Of a DNA stretch of 64,000 nucleotides, positions 50,402 to 64,000 are shown piece by piece. The number at the start of each line of letters is the position of its first letter. Position 1 is the first letter of the stretch. Made by a program: the position numbers and the translations under genes. The notes below the pieces were generated by a model, which had not been told where the DNA came from, made no database searches, and saw only the letters and a list, made by a program, of their open reading frames with translations. The stretch spans positions 12,336,515 through 12,400,514 of the forward strand of contig NC_068999.1 of assembly GCF_001194135.2 (NCBI RefSeq). Direction: 5' to 3'. This DNA is from Octopus bimaculoides. Its lineage: Eukaryota.

Positions 50402-50610
50402 CATCTACGATTGTGTGTGTGTTTGTCACTCCACCATCGCTTGAGAACCAATGTTAGTGTGTTTACATCCTCGTGACCTAGCGGTTCGTCAAAATTGGCC
50501 GATAGAATGAATAATGGGCTTACAAAGAATAAGTTCTGGGGTCGACTCGTTCGACTAAAGGTGGCGCTCCTCAGTTAAATGACTGAAATAAATAAAAGGA
50601 AACAGAAAAG
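50166..50610 (+). mobile_element. SINE family A, full length, internal (CTAT)n
   Basis: Head aggagtggctgtgtggtaag, (CTAT)n at about 50331-50408, body, and tail tcagttaaatgactgaaataaataaaag with a small deletion. Confidence 0.9.
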
Positions 50611-51612
50611 AAATATATATATATATATATATGTATAAGGAAATATATATNNNNNNNNNNNNNNNNNNNNNNNNNNNNNNNNNNNNNNNNNNNNNNNNNN
50701 NNNNNNNNNNNNNNNNNNNNNNNNNNNNNNNNNNNNNNNNNNNNNNNNNNNNNNNNNNNNNNNNNNNNNNNNNNNNNNNNNNNNNNNNNNNNNNNNNNNN
50801 NNNNNNNNNNNNNNNNNNNNNNNNNNNNNNNNNNNNNNNNNNNNNNNNNNNNNNNNNNNNNNNNNNNNNNNNNNNNNNTATATATATATTTATATATATA
50901 TATATATATATAGATAGATAGATAGATAGATGGATAGATAGATAGATAGATAAATATACAGATGGACAGAGAGATAGATAGATAGGTAGATAGATACGGG
51001 GTTCATTAAAATACCACAAATTCGCTCTGTTCCAAATACAATAGTATTGATTTCTGTAAACCAATTCCAATTGCATTTGTATATAGCGACGTTCTCTCTT
51101 GACATCCATCACCAAACAACTTTTCATGTGGCATTACTCGCAATTTTGCTCATTTCATCACTGTTAAGAAAACTGACCTAATCCGCGAAGTTGTTGCCAG
51201 CCAGTCGATACTTGCATTTAGACGTACCATAGGGCCTTTACATTTACTCAAATATATAGCAGTAGATTTTATGGGGTTATAGACATAAAGAGCGGCAAAA
51301 TATAGGAATGCTATTTTTTACAATCTAACAGAATTCCGAAATAAAATTATTGAATAAAAAGTCTACATATAAAATATTAAAAACTTCAGCAGTGTTCAAA
51401 GAACTAAAATAGCTAAAGTTGTTACAGTCGAACGTCCAAACAAGACTTAAAGACGCTAGTAATAAAATCAATTGACCATAATTCTTAAATGCAATAATAT
51501 AATATTGACACTTGAAAGTAAAGGTTTAAGTAAATCGGAGTCACAAAAACTTGAAAATGTAATGTAACGTACATACATGTATACATGTATGCATGTATAC
51601 ATACATATTTCC

Positions 51613-51647
<35 letters not shown>

Positions 51648-54367
51648 NNNNNNNNNNNNNNNNNNNNNNNNNNNNNNNNNNNNNNNNNNNNNNNNNNNNN
51701 NNNNNNNNNNNNNNNNNNNNNNNNNNNNNNNNNNNNNNNNNNNNNNNNNNNNNNNNNNNNNNNNNNNNNNNNNNNNNNNNNNNNNNNNNNNNNNNNNNNN
51801 NNNNNNNNNNNNNNNNNNNNNNNNNNNNNNNNNNNNNNNNNNNNNNNNNNNNNNNNNNNNNNNNNNNNNNNNNNNNNNNNNNNNNNNNNNNNNNNNNNNN
51901 NNNNNNNNNNNNNNNNNNNNNNNNNNNNNNNNNNNNNNNNNNNNNNNNNNNNNNNNNNNNNNNNNNNNNNNNNNNNNNNNNNNNNNNNNNNNNNNNNNNN
52001 NNNNNNNNNNNNNNNNNNNNNNNNNNNNNNNNNNNNNNNNNNNNNNNNNNNNNNNNNNNNATATATATATATATATATATACACAAGAATATATGTATGT
52101 ACGTACGCATATATGTATATCGCTATCAATCTAAACATGTTGGAGCATAGAAGAGATGAAGTAGAAAATGTAGAGACGTTTATAAGAATCAATATACATT
52201 TTAAAATGCAGTAATACCACGCAGTACAAGTTTAATTCGTTCTATTAATGAGCTCGTCTTAAGCTTTAATTGTTTTGCAAATCAATATTCCCCGTCGAAA
52301 TTAACTATAATATAATTAATCCATTCCAGTCCCCCAAAACGACTCCAAAATAATTTTCATGGGTTTTAAAACAGAAAGGATGTCGTTACAAGTCAAATGA
52401 GAATTATATAAAAGAGAATGCAAAAGAAATATGTAAACCGGTTTTATTAACTGAATTACCTTAAAGATGGCGCCATTCGTGTGCTCGTACTGCGAGGTTC
52501 TGCTGTAGATACATATGCATAAACATACAAAAATACACACACACACGCACACACACACACACACACACACATATACATATTTTTTCTCTCTCTTCTATCG
52601 TTTCTACTTTCAAAGAAATATTTCCCCCAAATGTTCGCTATTTTCATCTGGTTCTGGTCTAATGGCCCTCCATGTTTGTTTTCGTTCGTTTCCCTTGTAT
52701 GTCTCCACTACCCTGTTTTTGCTCCCAACTTTGACCCTCCATAAATCCTAGATCTTATTTTGGAATTTATGGGAGCAAGTGTCCTTGACGACTCTTATTG
52801 TGGCTGAATGCTCGAAACAAGAGTAAATAGACAGCCGACAACTGTTAAAGGGTCATCTCTCTATGTTTCTTGTCTTTTTTTTTTCCATTTTTCTCACGGA
52901 GTTTATGTATTTAACGCGCTTGTCTACGTATTTCATGTTGTTTACACAGTTTGGATGGTCTGTACATACACACATATATATATATATATATTATTTATTA
53001 TCATTATTATTATAAAATTGAACGGCACGCATCCATTTCCTAGTAAGTTTATTTTCACATTTTTGATGCGATTCAACTGTATACTGTTTTCTTCCTCCAT
53101 CTTTCTCTAATTCTCTTCCTTCCCCTCCCTCTTTCACCGCCTTCTATCTGCATCTCACTCTCCTCCTTTGTCTCCTTTTCGAACGCAGCCCCCAGCAAAT
53201 CATTAAATTCTTAGGCAAAATACTTGGTAAGTATCTACTTACCGATACACTATATTCATTAACTCACAAATTTGGTAAATAGTACTCACCAAAAATATTT
53301 CGTCGATAATTCGAAGTGTGAGCAATGTTATAAACATTGATACTTTATTTTTAATACGGACGAGAAAACAACCGTATACAGCGCATATAATAAGACGGTG
53401 CATACAGTAAGTACAACCATTGAAATAATGAAGATCAATTTAATGGTATCTATTGCTGTTGGGTCTGCATTTCAGCAGGCCTGCCAGGAAGGGCATTCTA
53501 GCCATGCGTGTATATATTTTCACACATAATGCATCAGGTTATGCATCCTTTAAAAGACAGATGAATGGAATTTGTTATTTCTAACCCGTGGAGCGAACAT
53601 ATAACGATACACTGTTTGGTTGGGAAAGACGATGTAAAACGTATACTAAATATAATAACGATACTTGCTGCTGACAGACGACACATCTACACTCAAGAGA
53701 CAAACAATGTAGTTTCTCATTCAACAGCGACAATATTCATATTCGTACTCATGCCAACACTAATACTACTTACAAAATCATCATCATAAAGACGAAACTT
53801 ACCTATGACGTCTCCATACAGACACAAGCTCACTTCCTACTAGAACTTTGTCGAGAGAACAAAGCAGTGTTAATACATGCTGCAACTAGCCTAGTTAGAA
53901 TGGCGGTTATCGCTGTATCTCATTAGTTTGCAGTACTGGAATGAATTGTATGCAAATGAGTTTTGAAAGATATTTCAATGAAGATGTTTGATTTAATTAG
54001 AGTATAGCAAAATTAATAATATGATAGAGATATGAAAACAACAGCAACAACAATCTCAACAGAGACACTTCAATAACGAGAAAAACATCAACAAGAATAC
54101 AAGCAGTTGTAGCACTATTTATTACAAGCAATGCAAATTAGCGATATAGTATGATAATGACAAATTTTATGATCAGACAGCTTTTGTTTGTTAAAATCAC
54201 GCTATCATTTTCGCCCCACCACCTAGTTCTTTCAATCTCTGAGTACTATATATACATATATATATATGCGCGTATGCGTGTATGTGTGTGTGTGTTTGTC
54301 TATGTATGTATATATGTATGTATATGTATCTATGTATATATGTATGTATATTTATGTATATATACAT

Positions 54368-54379
<12 letters not shown>

Positions 54380-54462
<83 letters not shown>

Positions 54463-54510
54463 TACACAAACATGTATGTATATAAATATATATGTGGTGA
54501 GTGTGTTTCA

Positions 54511-54567
<57 letters not shown>

Positions 54568-54570
54568 TGT
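54380..54570 (+). repeat. (TA)n and (TG)n microsatellite cluster
   Basis: Read directly from the sequence. Confidence 0.95.
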
Positions 54571-55269
54571 ATTCATTACACACGTATCATGGTGATTGAA
54601 TAATTGCGTTTAAGTAATCATTGACGGCGTGGAACTCAAAATATGAAAATGAAAATTATTACCCATACACACACACACACCAACAAACAAACGCGCGCAC
54701 ACACACACACATACACACACACACATATGTATACATATATGCATTTATGTCTGTTCCATTTCTCCTTTTTTAAACTTAGATTTGATAATGAGCGGCGACC
54801 TGTTTGGTAGTATGGCTTTCAAAGAAAGTTTGTTTAAATCTAAAATTGTGCCTCCCACATTCGGCAATAATGTGTTTGATGCCTGCAATTTAAGATATCA
54901 TATCCGTCAATTTTTTTATGTTTATGATATAGGCATATTTACACTCGAATTGCATTGATATATCCATGAAAATATGATGCTATGAACTTGTCGGTACTCC
55001 ACGTCATTTTTCACATATAATTCCTTCCGTTAATGGCTTCAGCCTTTTGTAACCTGTACATACGCACAGCTATTTCATTGAACTTAACACTTTTTGTTTT
55101 TCATTTTCTTGTAATTAGGGGAGAAGTTTGCGTCAACAGTATTTTCACGCTCCTCATCATTTTGATGTTGCTGTTTCGTACACACAAACTTGGGCAACTC
55201 ATTCGATGTCCTCATTTTTCTGCTGCACACGTCATTTCAGTTTCCAAATAGCTCTCCTGTATGACATCA

Positions 55270-55960
55270 ATACACATTTAACATCACAACAACCATCTTT
55301 GCGTGGGAAGTGTTGACTGTTTACACCTCCATTGATATTGAGCTTTCTAACAGCAGTGGACATCTAACAAGTTCATGTCTATGTCGTTGAGCTCCGTTAC
55401 TGCCTAGTCTGGAAGACCCAATATGAGCGTGACGATAGGCACCGCAAATATGTTGTGGGCGATAAATTTGTTGAAAGCTGAGCGTGCAGATGACCATATT
55501 TGTTCTTATTAAAAGTATTTTGAGGTATTCATTGTAATTTGTATCTTCTCTCAAATACTCGTCTTATCAAAAATTCTTCCACTTTTCAACGTACAGTAAA
55601 ATCGGCTGGTTTAAGTCGTTGATGTTTAGTGTCTTAAATGATAGCACCCGATTCCCACGTTCCTCCCAAAAAAACCTATGCATTGTGCCATATAAATTTT
55701 CATTAGTTTATTGGATTGAGTTGCATTGTCGAGTGATTATTTCCTGGCCCACAGAGCTTGAGATCGTCAACAAAGAAAATATAACATTTTAATGGCTCTT
55801 TTCTAGACAGCTGTCTTGTTTAGTGATAAGGTATGAAAAACAGTTTCGTGAAATAGAAAACAGCGGTAGAGACGAACTTCTTTTTGGTAGTGAATATTAT
55901 CTTTTGGATAGTGTGTAATGTCACCACTTTTATCTTCGTAGTGAGATATATCAGCATTTG
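55270..55960 (-). mobile_element. Decayed R4/Dong-clade RT/thumb fragment
   Basis: Minus strand YIFFVDDLKL (RT F/YxDD), NKFIAHNIFAVPIVTLILGL..TELNDID and NGGVN..FPRKDG (cf. DVxRLYLPRKxGGRG). Confidence 0.75.
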
Positions 55961-55971
55961 GTTATTTTGTA

Positions 55972-56285
55972 GATGGTAGTGGTTAAGAGTTAGGGTTTTC
56001 GACTCACTATCATAAGGTCGCGAGTTCCTTTACCGGCGGTGCGCTGTATCTTTCAAGAGGGTATAATATTTCATGTTGCCTGAGTTCCTTCAAGAATCAA
56101 AAATTAGTAGGCCTGTATTTCAAAGGGTCAGTCTTTTCACATTCTGTGTCGCGTTGAATCACATTGAGAAGTACGTTACAGGTACGCATGACAGTGGAGT
56201 GCTCAGTCACTTGTACGTGAATTTGGCAAGCAGGATTTTCCGTTGTCGCATGGAACACTCGTCATCATAAATGACGACCTGATGC
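55972..56285 (+). mobile_element. SINE family C with head type 2, decayed
   Basis: tRNA-like head ggtagtggttaagag, then cctgtatttcaaagggtcag..gtggagtgctcagtcacttgtacgtgaattt body; homologous to 45729-46050. Confidence 0.75.
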
Positions 56286-56949
56286 TTCGTTAGGTTAACG
56301 TTTGGAAGTTTTAATCTTCGGGTGATTTGGCGATTTTGAAGCACGAGGAAAGCTGCGATAGCAACGAGGGCATATTATGCCATGTATGTATGTATGTCTG
56401 TATATATGTATATGTGTATGTATATATGTATGTATGTATGTATATGACTTTTGTACCGGGACTTCTCACATTTTTGCAAACCGATATCTTTATGTGTTAT
56501 GTCAGGCAGCTACATCAATTACACATTAGACATTTCACGACACTTCCTTTGCAACAAAACGCATATTTTCAACTAGGACTGTTTGGAACGTATCTATTTA
56601 CGAATCATATCTATTGAACGAATACTTGATTTGGACTAGCTGCAAATAGTTTCTTAATGTAAATATAGCGAGCGATAACACAACCATGAAATAATTAAAA
56701 AATATCTATACAGAAATATCTTTACGATATATTCCAGAAATATATTTTGAATGCAGTGTATTCCTACTGATCTAATACATTGTACAATAAATAGTTAGCA
56801 ATACGAATATTTACATTTGATCATTAGTCTATATGGCAATTAGCATGAAATTACAAAGAAATTAGAATCTCATCAACGAAAGACATACGAGACTATCTAA
56901 TTAGATATGGATCACGCACAAATTCTGCAAACAGCAGGCGTCAAACTAT

Positions 56950-57965
56950 ATAAACCGAAATCAACCAATGCGATAGTAGTAATTACACATATGAGAAATC
57001 TTCGATGTATTCTAAGACTTCAAAAATAGGAAAACTATATGGAAGTAATTAGTGGAATCTGAATTGTGAAAACTTGTTGATGTAAAATACACCAATAATC
57101 TCTACAATTTCAGTATCTAGTCCAAATTTTCATATACAATCTGTATGCCATTATCAATTTCGACACCTTCTAGAAAATCTAGCAAATATTTAATGATATG
57201 GAAATCTACACATATTTTCACATACAATGTTAAGATGGATATACGTTCTTGTCTCAGTTTAAGATGAATTCTTTAACTACTTCAAAATTAAACCCGACGC
57301 CGTTATATCGTTTTACATCAATACTAATACTCCTTAATATCACCGATCATTTGTGGAAGTAGATTAAGTATATGGCTAAGTAAATTAGTACATGCAGAAT
57401 AAAGTCTAGGACTATGTGGTTTATATCAACATGTTTTTGTAAATGCTGTCGCCTTAACAAGCAGCAACCTCAATACCGAGGGATAACAATCTATAATATC
57501 AAACTGCATAAAGCTAGCCGTACGTTGTTTATCCATTAAATTCATAAAGCAGTCTGTTAGAGTATCAATATTATTCCATCGTTGTAGCTTAGTCGATTCT
57601 CTGATTCTGATATTAATATTTTTAGTATCTTTTTGTTATTAACCCGATTTTAATCCACGCTGGATTTAACATCCTACATATGGTCTTATCACTAGAATTT
57701 GTTTTGTGAACTTGTAGCGCTATAAAAGCTCCCCTTTTGCTAAGCGTTCTGATTTATCATCGATTCTACGACGCAGAGAGGAATTCAGCTTCATCGTTAA
57801 TGCCATTGTACCTGTCTGTGTTCGCTTCCCTGTAATTAGTAGAAATGATGTCATTTAACAACTTATCAAATAAATCATTAAGGATTTCGTTCAGGTTGAT
57901 GGTTTTATCAGGAAATCCGAACTACTTTTTAGAATTTCTAATATCAAATTTTAGTTTGCTTACTT
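56950..57965 (-). mobile_element. Decayed Penelope-like element reverse transcriptase
   Basis: Minus strand KRGAFIALQVHK..KTICRMLNPA..IRESTKLQRWNNIDTLTDCFMNL..ASFMQFDIIDCYPSV (57477-57737) matches Penelope RT EAFITLKDHK..CRLINPAK..QWKNT..FMQFDIVDFYPSI. Confidence 0.82.
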
Positions 57966-58726
57966 CTGGAACGTAAATCTGGTAACTAAATCAAGATGGT
58001 CTATCTGAGGAGGAGCTAAATCGTTTATTCCGATTGGGTATTTACGCTTTTATAAGCCACTAGATGTACCCGTGACCCATTGGGTAACAAGCACTCCATT
58101 TTGAAAATGAATATGAAAATGTGAGACGGCAAAGGAAAGAATACTATTCCTTTTAAACAATAATCTTTATCGTCTTAATCAAAACGCAGGACAACAAAAG
58201 TGGGAGATAGCGCAGTTGAAAAAAATGAATACATGCATCTCATCAGTCTCACGAAATCTTCAAATTTCTCAAGAAGCATCCTGAGATGTAGGTGTTTTAG
58301 TGGTGTACGCACATCAACAGAGTAAAACATGTATTATAAATTCATAATAGTGTTTAAATTAGTAAAATCATTAGAGTCACTGAACTTAAATTAGACATCA
58401 CGCCAAACATATGTAGATTATTAATTTCAAGTAGAAAACAACGTCGTTTACTTTTCCATCAAGGTAAGTTCAACAAAATTATGCCATCCTGTGAGAAATA
58501 GGTATATTTTGATTTACACAATTTATAGTTATGAGCGACTAACAATTTCATATATTGGGAATGTTATCTGTGTACGATTTAGCTAAACATGCAGTGTCTC
58601 CAAGCAATCTCCACGAGTGAGCACATAACTTTTACGTAAATTTCAGGACAATAGAACAGGAGAAATCACAGCATTTTCATTAACGGAATTGTAAACTAAG
58701 CACACACACACGCACACACACACCCA

Positions 58727-58760
<34 letters not shown>

Positions 58761-58916
58761 TAAACACACACACACATACACACACACACACACACATAAA
58801 CACACACACACATACACACACATACACACACAGACACACGCACAGACACGCACGCATATACATATATATATATATATATATACACATACACACATATACA
58901 CATATATGTACATATA

Positions 58917-59196
58917 TTGGATTTGGTAGACTGAAACTGAAAAAAAGCACGTCGTATTTGAGTGTGTATGTGTGTGTATGTGTGTGTGTGTGTGTCTATG
59001 TTTGTGTATCTGTGTCTGTCTCCCCCACCGTCGTTTGACAACCGATGCTGGTGTGTTTACGACCCCTTAACATAGTGGTTCGGCAAAAACCGGCAGAATA
59101 AGTACTAGGCTTACAAAGAATAACTTCTGGCTCGTTGTGTTCGACTAAAGACGGTTCTCCAGCATGGCCACAGTCAAATGACATAGAAATAACAGA

Positions 59197-59198
<2 letters not shown>
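58917..59198 (+). mobile_element. SINE family A, 5' truncated, internal (TG)n
   Basis: atttggtagactgaaactga..gtcg, TG tract, accgatgctggtgtgtttac.., tail ccagcatggccacagtcaaatgac. Confidence 0.85.
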
Positions 59199-59230
<32 letters not shown>

Positions 59231-59993
59231 ACATATATTTATATATGTATATACATATAAATGTATGTCTATATAAATACACACACACACACAAATTGGT
59301 GAGTTTTCCCTCCTCCATCTTTGACTTTCCTGCTTCCTCTTGTTTCCGAACGGAATCTATGCTCGAAACGTAAAACATTTACTCTTTTCTTTCTCTGAGC
59401 CTCTTATTAATACGTCGCTTGAACTACGTTCAATATGTTGTTTGTTGTGTTTGTTTTTCTCTGTGTTTTTTTTTTTCGAATTGACTACATTATATGTACA
59501 AGCACATATATACATATACATTGTATATATATTCCACATTTCTGCGTATGTTATATAACTTATATAATTTGACGTAATTCATCAACACTAAAACTCCATT
59601 ACCGATAACCACCTGCGACCTTTTCGTATGCGCTACTTATATACTGGAATGAAGTCTGAAAATTGATAAATTATATCACCTGTTCTGCGTAAGATAATTG
59701 TGTAGCTGTGAGACAACGTTTTCGATTACGATGGAATTCTAGGAACTTATGTTTATATGCGTTTATGAATATCGTTGCCTCTGTATGCTTAGACGCTTCC
59801 GTAGTTAAATCAATTTTGCATGGCCGTCAATCGTCAATTTGATATTAAATTTTACACTTCTGAACTGTTCACTTTCATATGTATGTATGTTATTATTCAG
59901 TTTATTTCAAAATTTCTTGCCAATTCACAAAGAACTGGTTTCTAACCAAGATCCAAGTCGCCTTCATTGGAATTTCAACATCAACATCAGGGT

Positions 59994-60075
59994 ATGTATG
60001 TATGTATGTATGTATGTATGTATGTATGTATGTATGTTTGTATGTATGTATGCATGTATGTATGTATGTATGTAG
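59994..60075 (+). repeat. (TATG)n microsatellite
   Basis: Read directly from the sequence. Confidence 0.95.
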
Positions 60076-60194
60076 GTATGTATCTATGTATGTGCAGATT
60101 TGTATGTCTTATGTATGTATTCTCATGCATATGGTTGAATATCTAGACATGTTCATATATATCTAAATGATAAAGTTCTGGAAAGTTTTACAGA

Positions 60195-60470
60195 TTTTTA
60201 CAATTCCAGCTTTACGTTGACATCCGCTAGGCAGCTAATTTCCAGAACCAAACAGTTTCTTTTCTCTATTCCAATCATTATATAAGGTTCAGGTCTGTTG
60301 TGCTTACATTTTATTGTGGTTTTCACTGGTACATTCTGCCAGTATTCCTTTTTAATATGAGTGGCTATGGCATCTACCATATTGTGGGTTCTTATTTCTT
60401 TGTCCTTGTGATTATCCTTCCGAAGGATTTCATTATAGAGTTTCCTAGCTACAACCTCAAAGAATGATTA
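60195..60470 (-). mobile_element. R4/Dong-clade restriction-like endonuclease (RLE) fragment
   Basis: Open frame EVVARKLYNEIL..EYWQNVPVKTTIKCKHNRPE..EKRNCLVLEISCLADVN (RLE HNRPD..EISCPxD motif). Confidence 0.8.
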
Positions 60471-61211
60471 TATAAAAGAATCTACCTCCGCGAAAGAAAG
60501 TTCATTATGGTAGTGATAAAAAAAACAGAATGAGAGGACACAGCACAACTTTGGTCTAGAGGCGAACCTATACCCGCTAGAGATGGAGTGAATAATCGGT
60601 TGAATAATTTTTGATAAATTGATCCATGACGTCATTTGTCGTCAGGAAATAGAACACTGGGCAGCAAAAATGTTTATGAGAGTGAGGCAGAAGGGCAGCC
60701 CATATCGCACTGGAACTTCCAGATTATGGGAGTTAACGCGCAGCCCATTTGAGCTTCATAAGCTTTTATATGTATATGTTTGTCTGTGTGTGTCTCTCTC
60801 TCGCTCTCTCTCTCTCTTTCTCTCTCTCTCTTTCTCTCTCCCTCTGTATATATACATGATATATATAGACGCACACAAACATGTTCATACATGATCCTAT
60901 GCATATATATATATATAAATATTTGGCATTTGAGTATTAGGGTGTGTGCCTGGGTCTGTGTGTGTGAGTGTATGGTGTGCATGTGTGTGCATGTGTGTGT
61001 GTGTGTGTGTGTGTGCGTGTATGTGTTTTCAGGAATCTATAAGCTGATTCACAATGGCCTACAAAAGTATGAATATGTTGATTGATATGCTACTTGTTAT
61101 TTCTCCGCTACATAAAAACGAAATTTATATACACAAATATACGCACATGCATGCATAAAACATATCCATACATATTCACATATGGATCGCTAGATCGATA
61201 GATAGGTATAC

Positions 61212-61212
<1 letters not shown>

Positions 61213-61285
<73 letters not shown>

Positions 61286-61286
61286 T

Positions 61287-61347
<61 letters not shown>
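61213..61347 (+). repeat. (GATA)n microsatellite
   Basis: Read directly from the sequence. Confidence 0.97.
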
Positions 61348-61348
<1 letters not shown>

Positions 61349-61750
61349 CTCAGATAGCAAGAGCGATAGATAAAGAGACACAGATAATTGTTTTCCTCTT
61401 TTCTGAGTTTTTATTGCCAGCACATTAAAATATAGTACTTTATACATTGTTATTTTGGTAAATATTTATATCTAACAAATCGAAATGAAAATCAATTTTA
61501 TGAAAATAAATCAGAATATATTAACCATTTATAGAGAGACGAAATATTTGTGTTTTCCTTCAAAATATTCGGTCTTACAGTCATTGAAATACAACGATTT
61601 TAACAGCAGATATGCTCTCTCATACATACACATACATATGCACGCGCATAATCATTACTGTGAGTGTATGCACATATGTGTTAGATCGTACGTACCAATA
61701 ATCCAATTCTAAACTTAAAATAAACAATGAAGTGCGACTACAGACACATA

Positions 61751-62040
61751 CAGGGTGCGTATGAGGATATCCGTTTTTTGGGTCGTTGCTGCATGTTTGC
61801 TAACTCTTTATAATCTTTGTTTCAGAAAATAATAATTTAGAACACCTGAATTTATACAGCAAGTTCAAAAGACCATTCATTACAATCCCAGAATGTCTAT
61901 GAGGTCAATTGCAAAAGATCTCCATGTGTCAAAAGTAGCGGTCAGAGATGTTCTTCACGAAGACATCAGATATTAATCTTATATGATGAGGAAAGGTTAA
62001 TTTGTCAGAAAAAGCAAAAGAAAATCATTACATCACCGTA
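61751..62040 (+). mobile_element. Tc1/mariner superfamily (DD37D/maT-like) transposase N-terminal fragment
   Basis: TPEFIQQVQKTIHYNPRMSMRSIAKDLHVSKVAVRDVLHEDIRY*SYMMRKG (HTH region); TA-cagggtg possible left end. Confidence 0.7.
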
Positions 62041-62294
62041 GTAAATAAGTAAATGAGTGGAAATCGGACCGGTGAGTATGTCAAATTAATAAGGCAGTAA
62101 AAGAGAATGTATCTCCCAAGACACGATAACGTTAATTAAACATATACTTCAAAAATTTGCTAAATAGTTTATAAATTTTACCACATAAGATATATACTGA
62201 TATCCACTAATGGTAGGCACGATTTTTCACTGTTCTTCAATAAAGCCGAGAATACTTTGACTAGTTTCAGGGAGGTGTCCGATTCTTTACCTTA

Positions 62295-62478
62295 TCGGGT
62301 TAAATATTTGGAGCCATTTTGTCCGTCTTTGCGTTGCGAGTTAATATCCTTGTGGTCTACTATGGTGTACATTCATCCTGGATTGATAAAATAAGTACCA
62401 GCCGAACGAACACTGGGCTGGATATAATCGACTTTATCCCTAGCCCTAAACTGCTAGGTTTGTTCCAGAACGGGAAAC
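62295..62478 (+). mobile_element. SINE family B, decayed, alternative 3' tail
   Basis: ttcatcctggattgataaaataagtaccag..ctggatataatcgactt core; tail ccctagccctaaactgctaggtttgttcc, as at 48303. Confidence 0.7.
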
Positions 62479-62904
62479 GTATTTTGATCAGACTTATTTT
62501 CAAGCAGTAACAAATGGCGAATATTAAGGAAATATGAAAGTGAAAAAGATAAAGAAAAGAATTCGACAATATGGAGTGGGCCACTGACCCTTACCTTATA
62601 GTTATTCTTAGTCATGTGATTAAAGACAATGTTCCCTTTCACTGCATAGCGTAAAGTAAATTACTTATTATCTGAATGCATACATAATATGGATATATGT
62701 TTATTTTTAATTTCGCTGAAAACTTTATCTCACTATCTGTCACTCTTTGGGTAAATACTGTGTGTTTCAGAGGGTAGAAATGTGTAATAAGTTACACACA
62801 TAGAAATATATCCGTACATGTATACAAAAATACATAAATACTTACATATATACATACATAAATACATACGCACAGACAAAGAGACACAAGCACACACACG
62901 CACT

Positions 62905-62941
<37 letters not shown>

Positions 62942-62943
62942 GC

Positions 62944-62989
<46 letters not shown>

Positions 62990-63955
62990 GTCTATGAATA
63001 TGTGTATGTAAACATATATACATACACAGGCAGATAGACATACATATATATATATATGTTAATATCTATTAAGAGGACATGTAAATATGTATATATATAT
63101 ATACANNNNNNNNNNNNNNNNNNNNNNNNNNNNNNNNNNNNNNNNNNNNNNNNNNNNNNNNNNNNNNNNNNNNNNNNNNNNNNNNNNNNNNNNNNNNNNN
63201 NNNNNNNNNNNNNNNNNNNNNNNNNNNNNNNNNNNNNNNNNNNNNNNNNNNNNNNNNNNNNNNNNNNNNNNNNNNNNNNNNNNNNNNTATATATTCTTCT
63301 GGTATTCTAGTTTTATGCGCTCGCATGCTCGCATAAATTCAATAGTTACGATTCAATTCTATAAAAGACAATCAAATAAAATATTTTTTTTAGAATATGG
63401 ATAGAAAAAAAGTACGAAAAGGACAAATAACAAATATATATATTTCGACAATTCTCTTCAAATTCGCAGATATATATTACACTGAAAGTTATCAGCAACC
63501 ATTAAAATGAGACATGAGTAATTTTGTTACAGTTTCCTTATATAGCTTCGTGGCGTATTTTAGTGGCTTGTGTCCCGCATTTAAACAATAACACTAATAT
63601 TTTTCTATTATGATAATTCTCTTTATCGATTTGGTTCGTTCTACTCTCAACTTCAGCAAATTCATAAAGCTAATAGCATATTACATTATGCACACAGAAA
63701 CCCTTTCACAAACGAATGCATATGGGTATTATCCTATCTGTGTGTGTGTGTGTGTGGTGCGCGCGCGCGTTTCTGTATATGGACGTATAAATCAATTCAA
63801 TATAAAATTTAATAGAAAAAATATGCACATAAGTATAATCCATGGTGTATAAATGCTATAGATATAAAAAAAAGATGGTTGCTGTGCATTAGAGCAGAGT
63901 CATACAAACTTGCAAACACACTCGCACACAAACCAACACTCATAGACACATATAC

Positions 63956-64000
<45 letters not shown>

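Noticed and set aside
54788-54958. 56 aa ATG-initiated ORF (MSGDLFGSMAFKESLF...)
   Set aside because: Short, with no recognisable motif or independent support.
60520-60620. RMRGHS peptide resembling the CR1 C-terminal RTRGH motif
   Set aside because: Too short, and downstream motifs are not convincingly present.

Overview
Eukaryotic, AT-rich, repeat-dominated genomic DNA with 17 assembly gaps (N runs) and very dense microsatellites. I found no convincing intact protein-coding gene, rRNA, tRNA gene or CRISPR array; almost all supplied ORFs are artefacts of microsatellites or N runs. The SINE families and repeat density resemble an octopus (coleoid cephalopod) genome; this is recall-based inference. 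The window is a graveyard of decayed mobile elements: three tRNA-derived SINE families (about 15 copies or fragments), several Tc1/mariner remnants (four stacked at 21.0-23.0 kb), R4/Dong-type RLE LINE fragments, an internally deleted CR1-like LINE, a zinc-knuckle ORF1 remnant, Penelope-like (PLE) RT remnants and a probable Helentron-type end. The most interesting signal is RNA-level: minimal type I hammerhead ribozyme motifs of the PLE/retrozyme kind. One is near-canonical (46435-46537, with a palindromic stem III and a long stem II hairpin). Two more lie inverted in the arms of a ~280 bp palindromic element (18231-18508), and there are several degenerate relics. All structural and family calls were made by eye; none was computed or searched.
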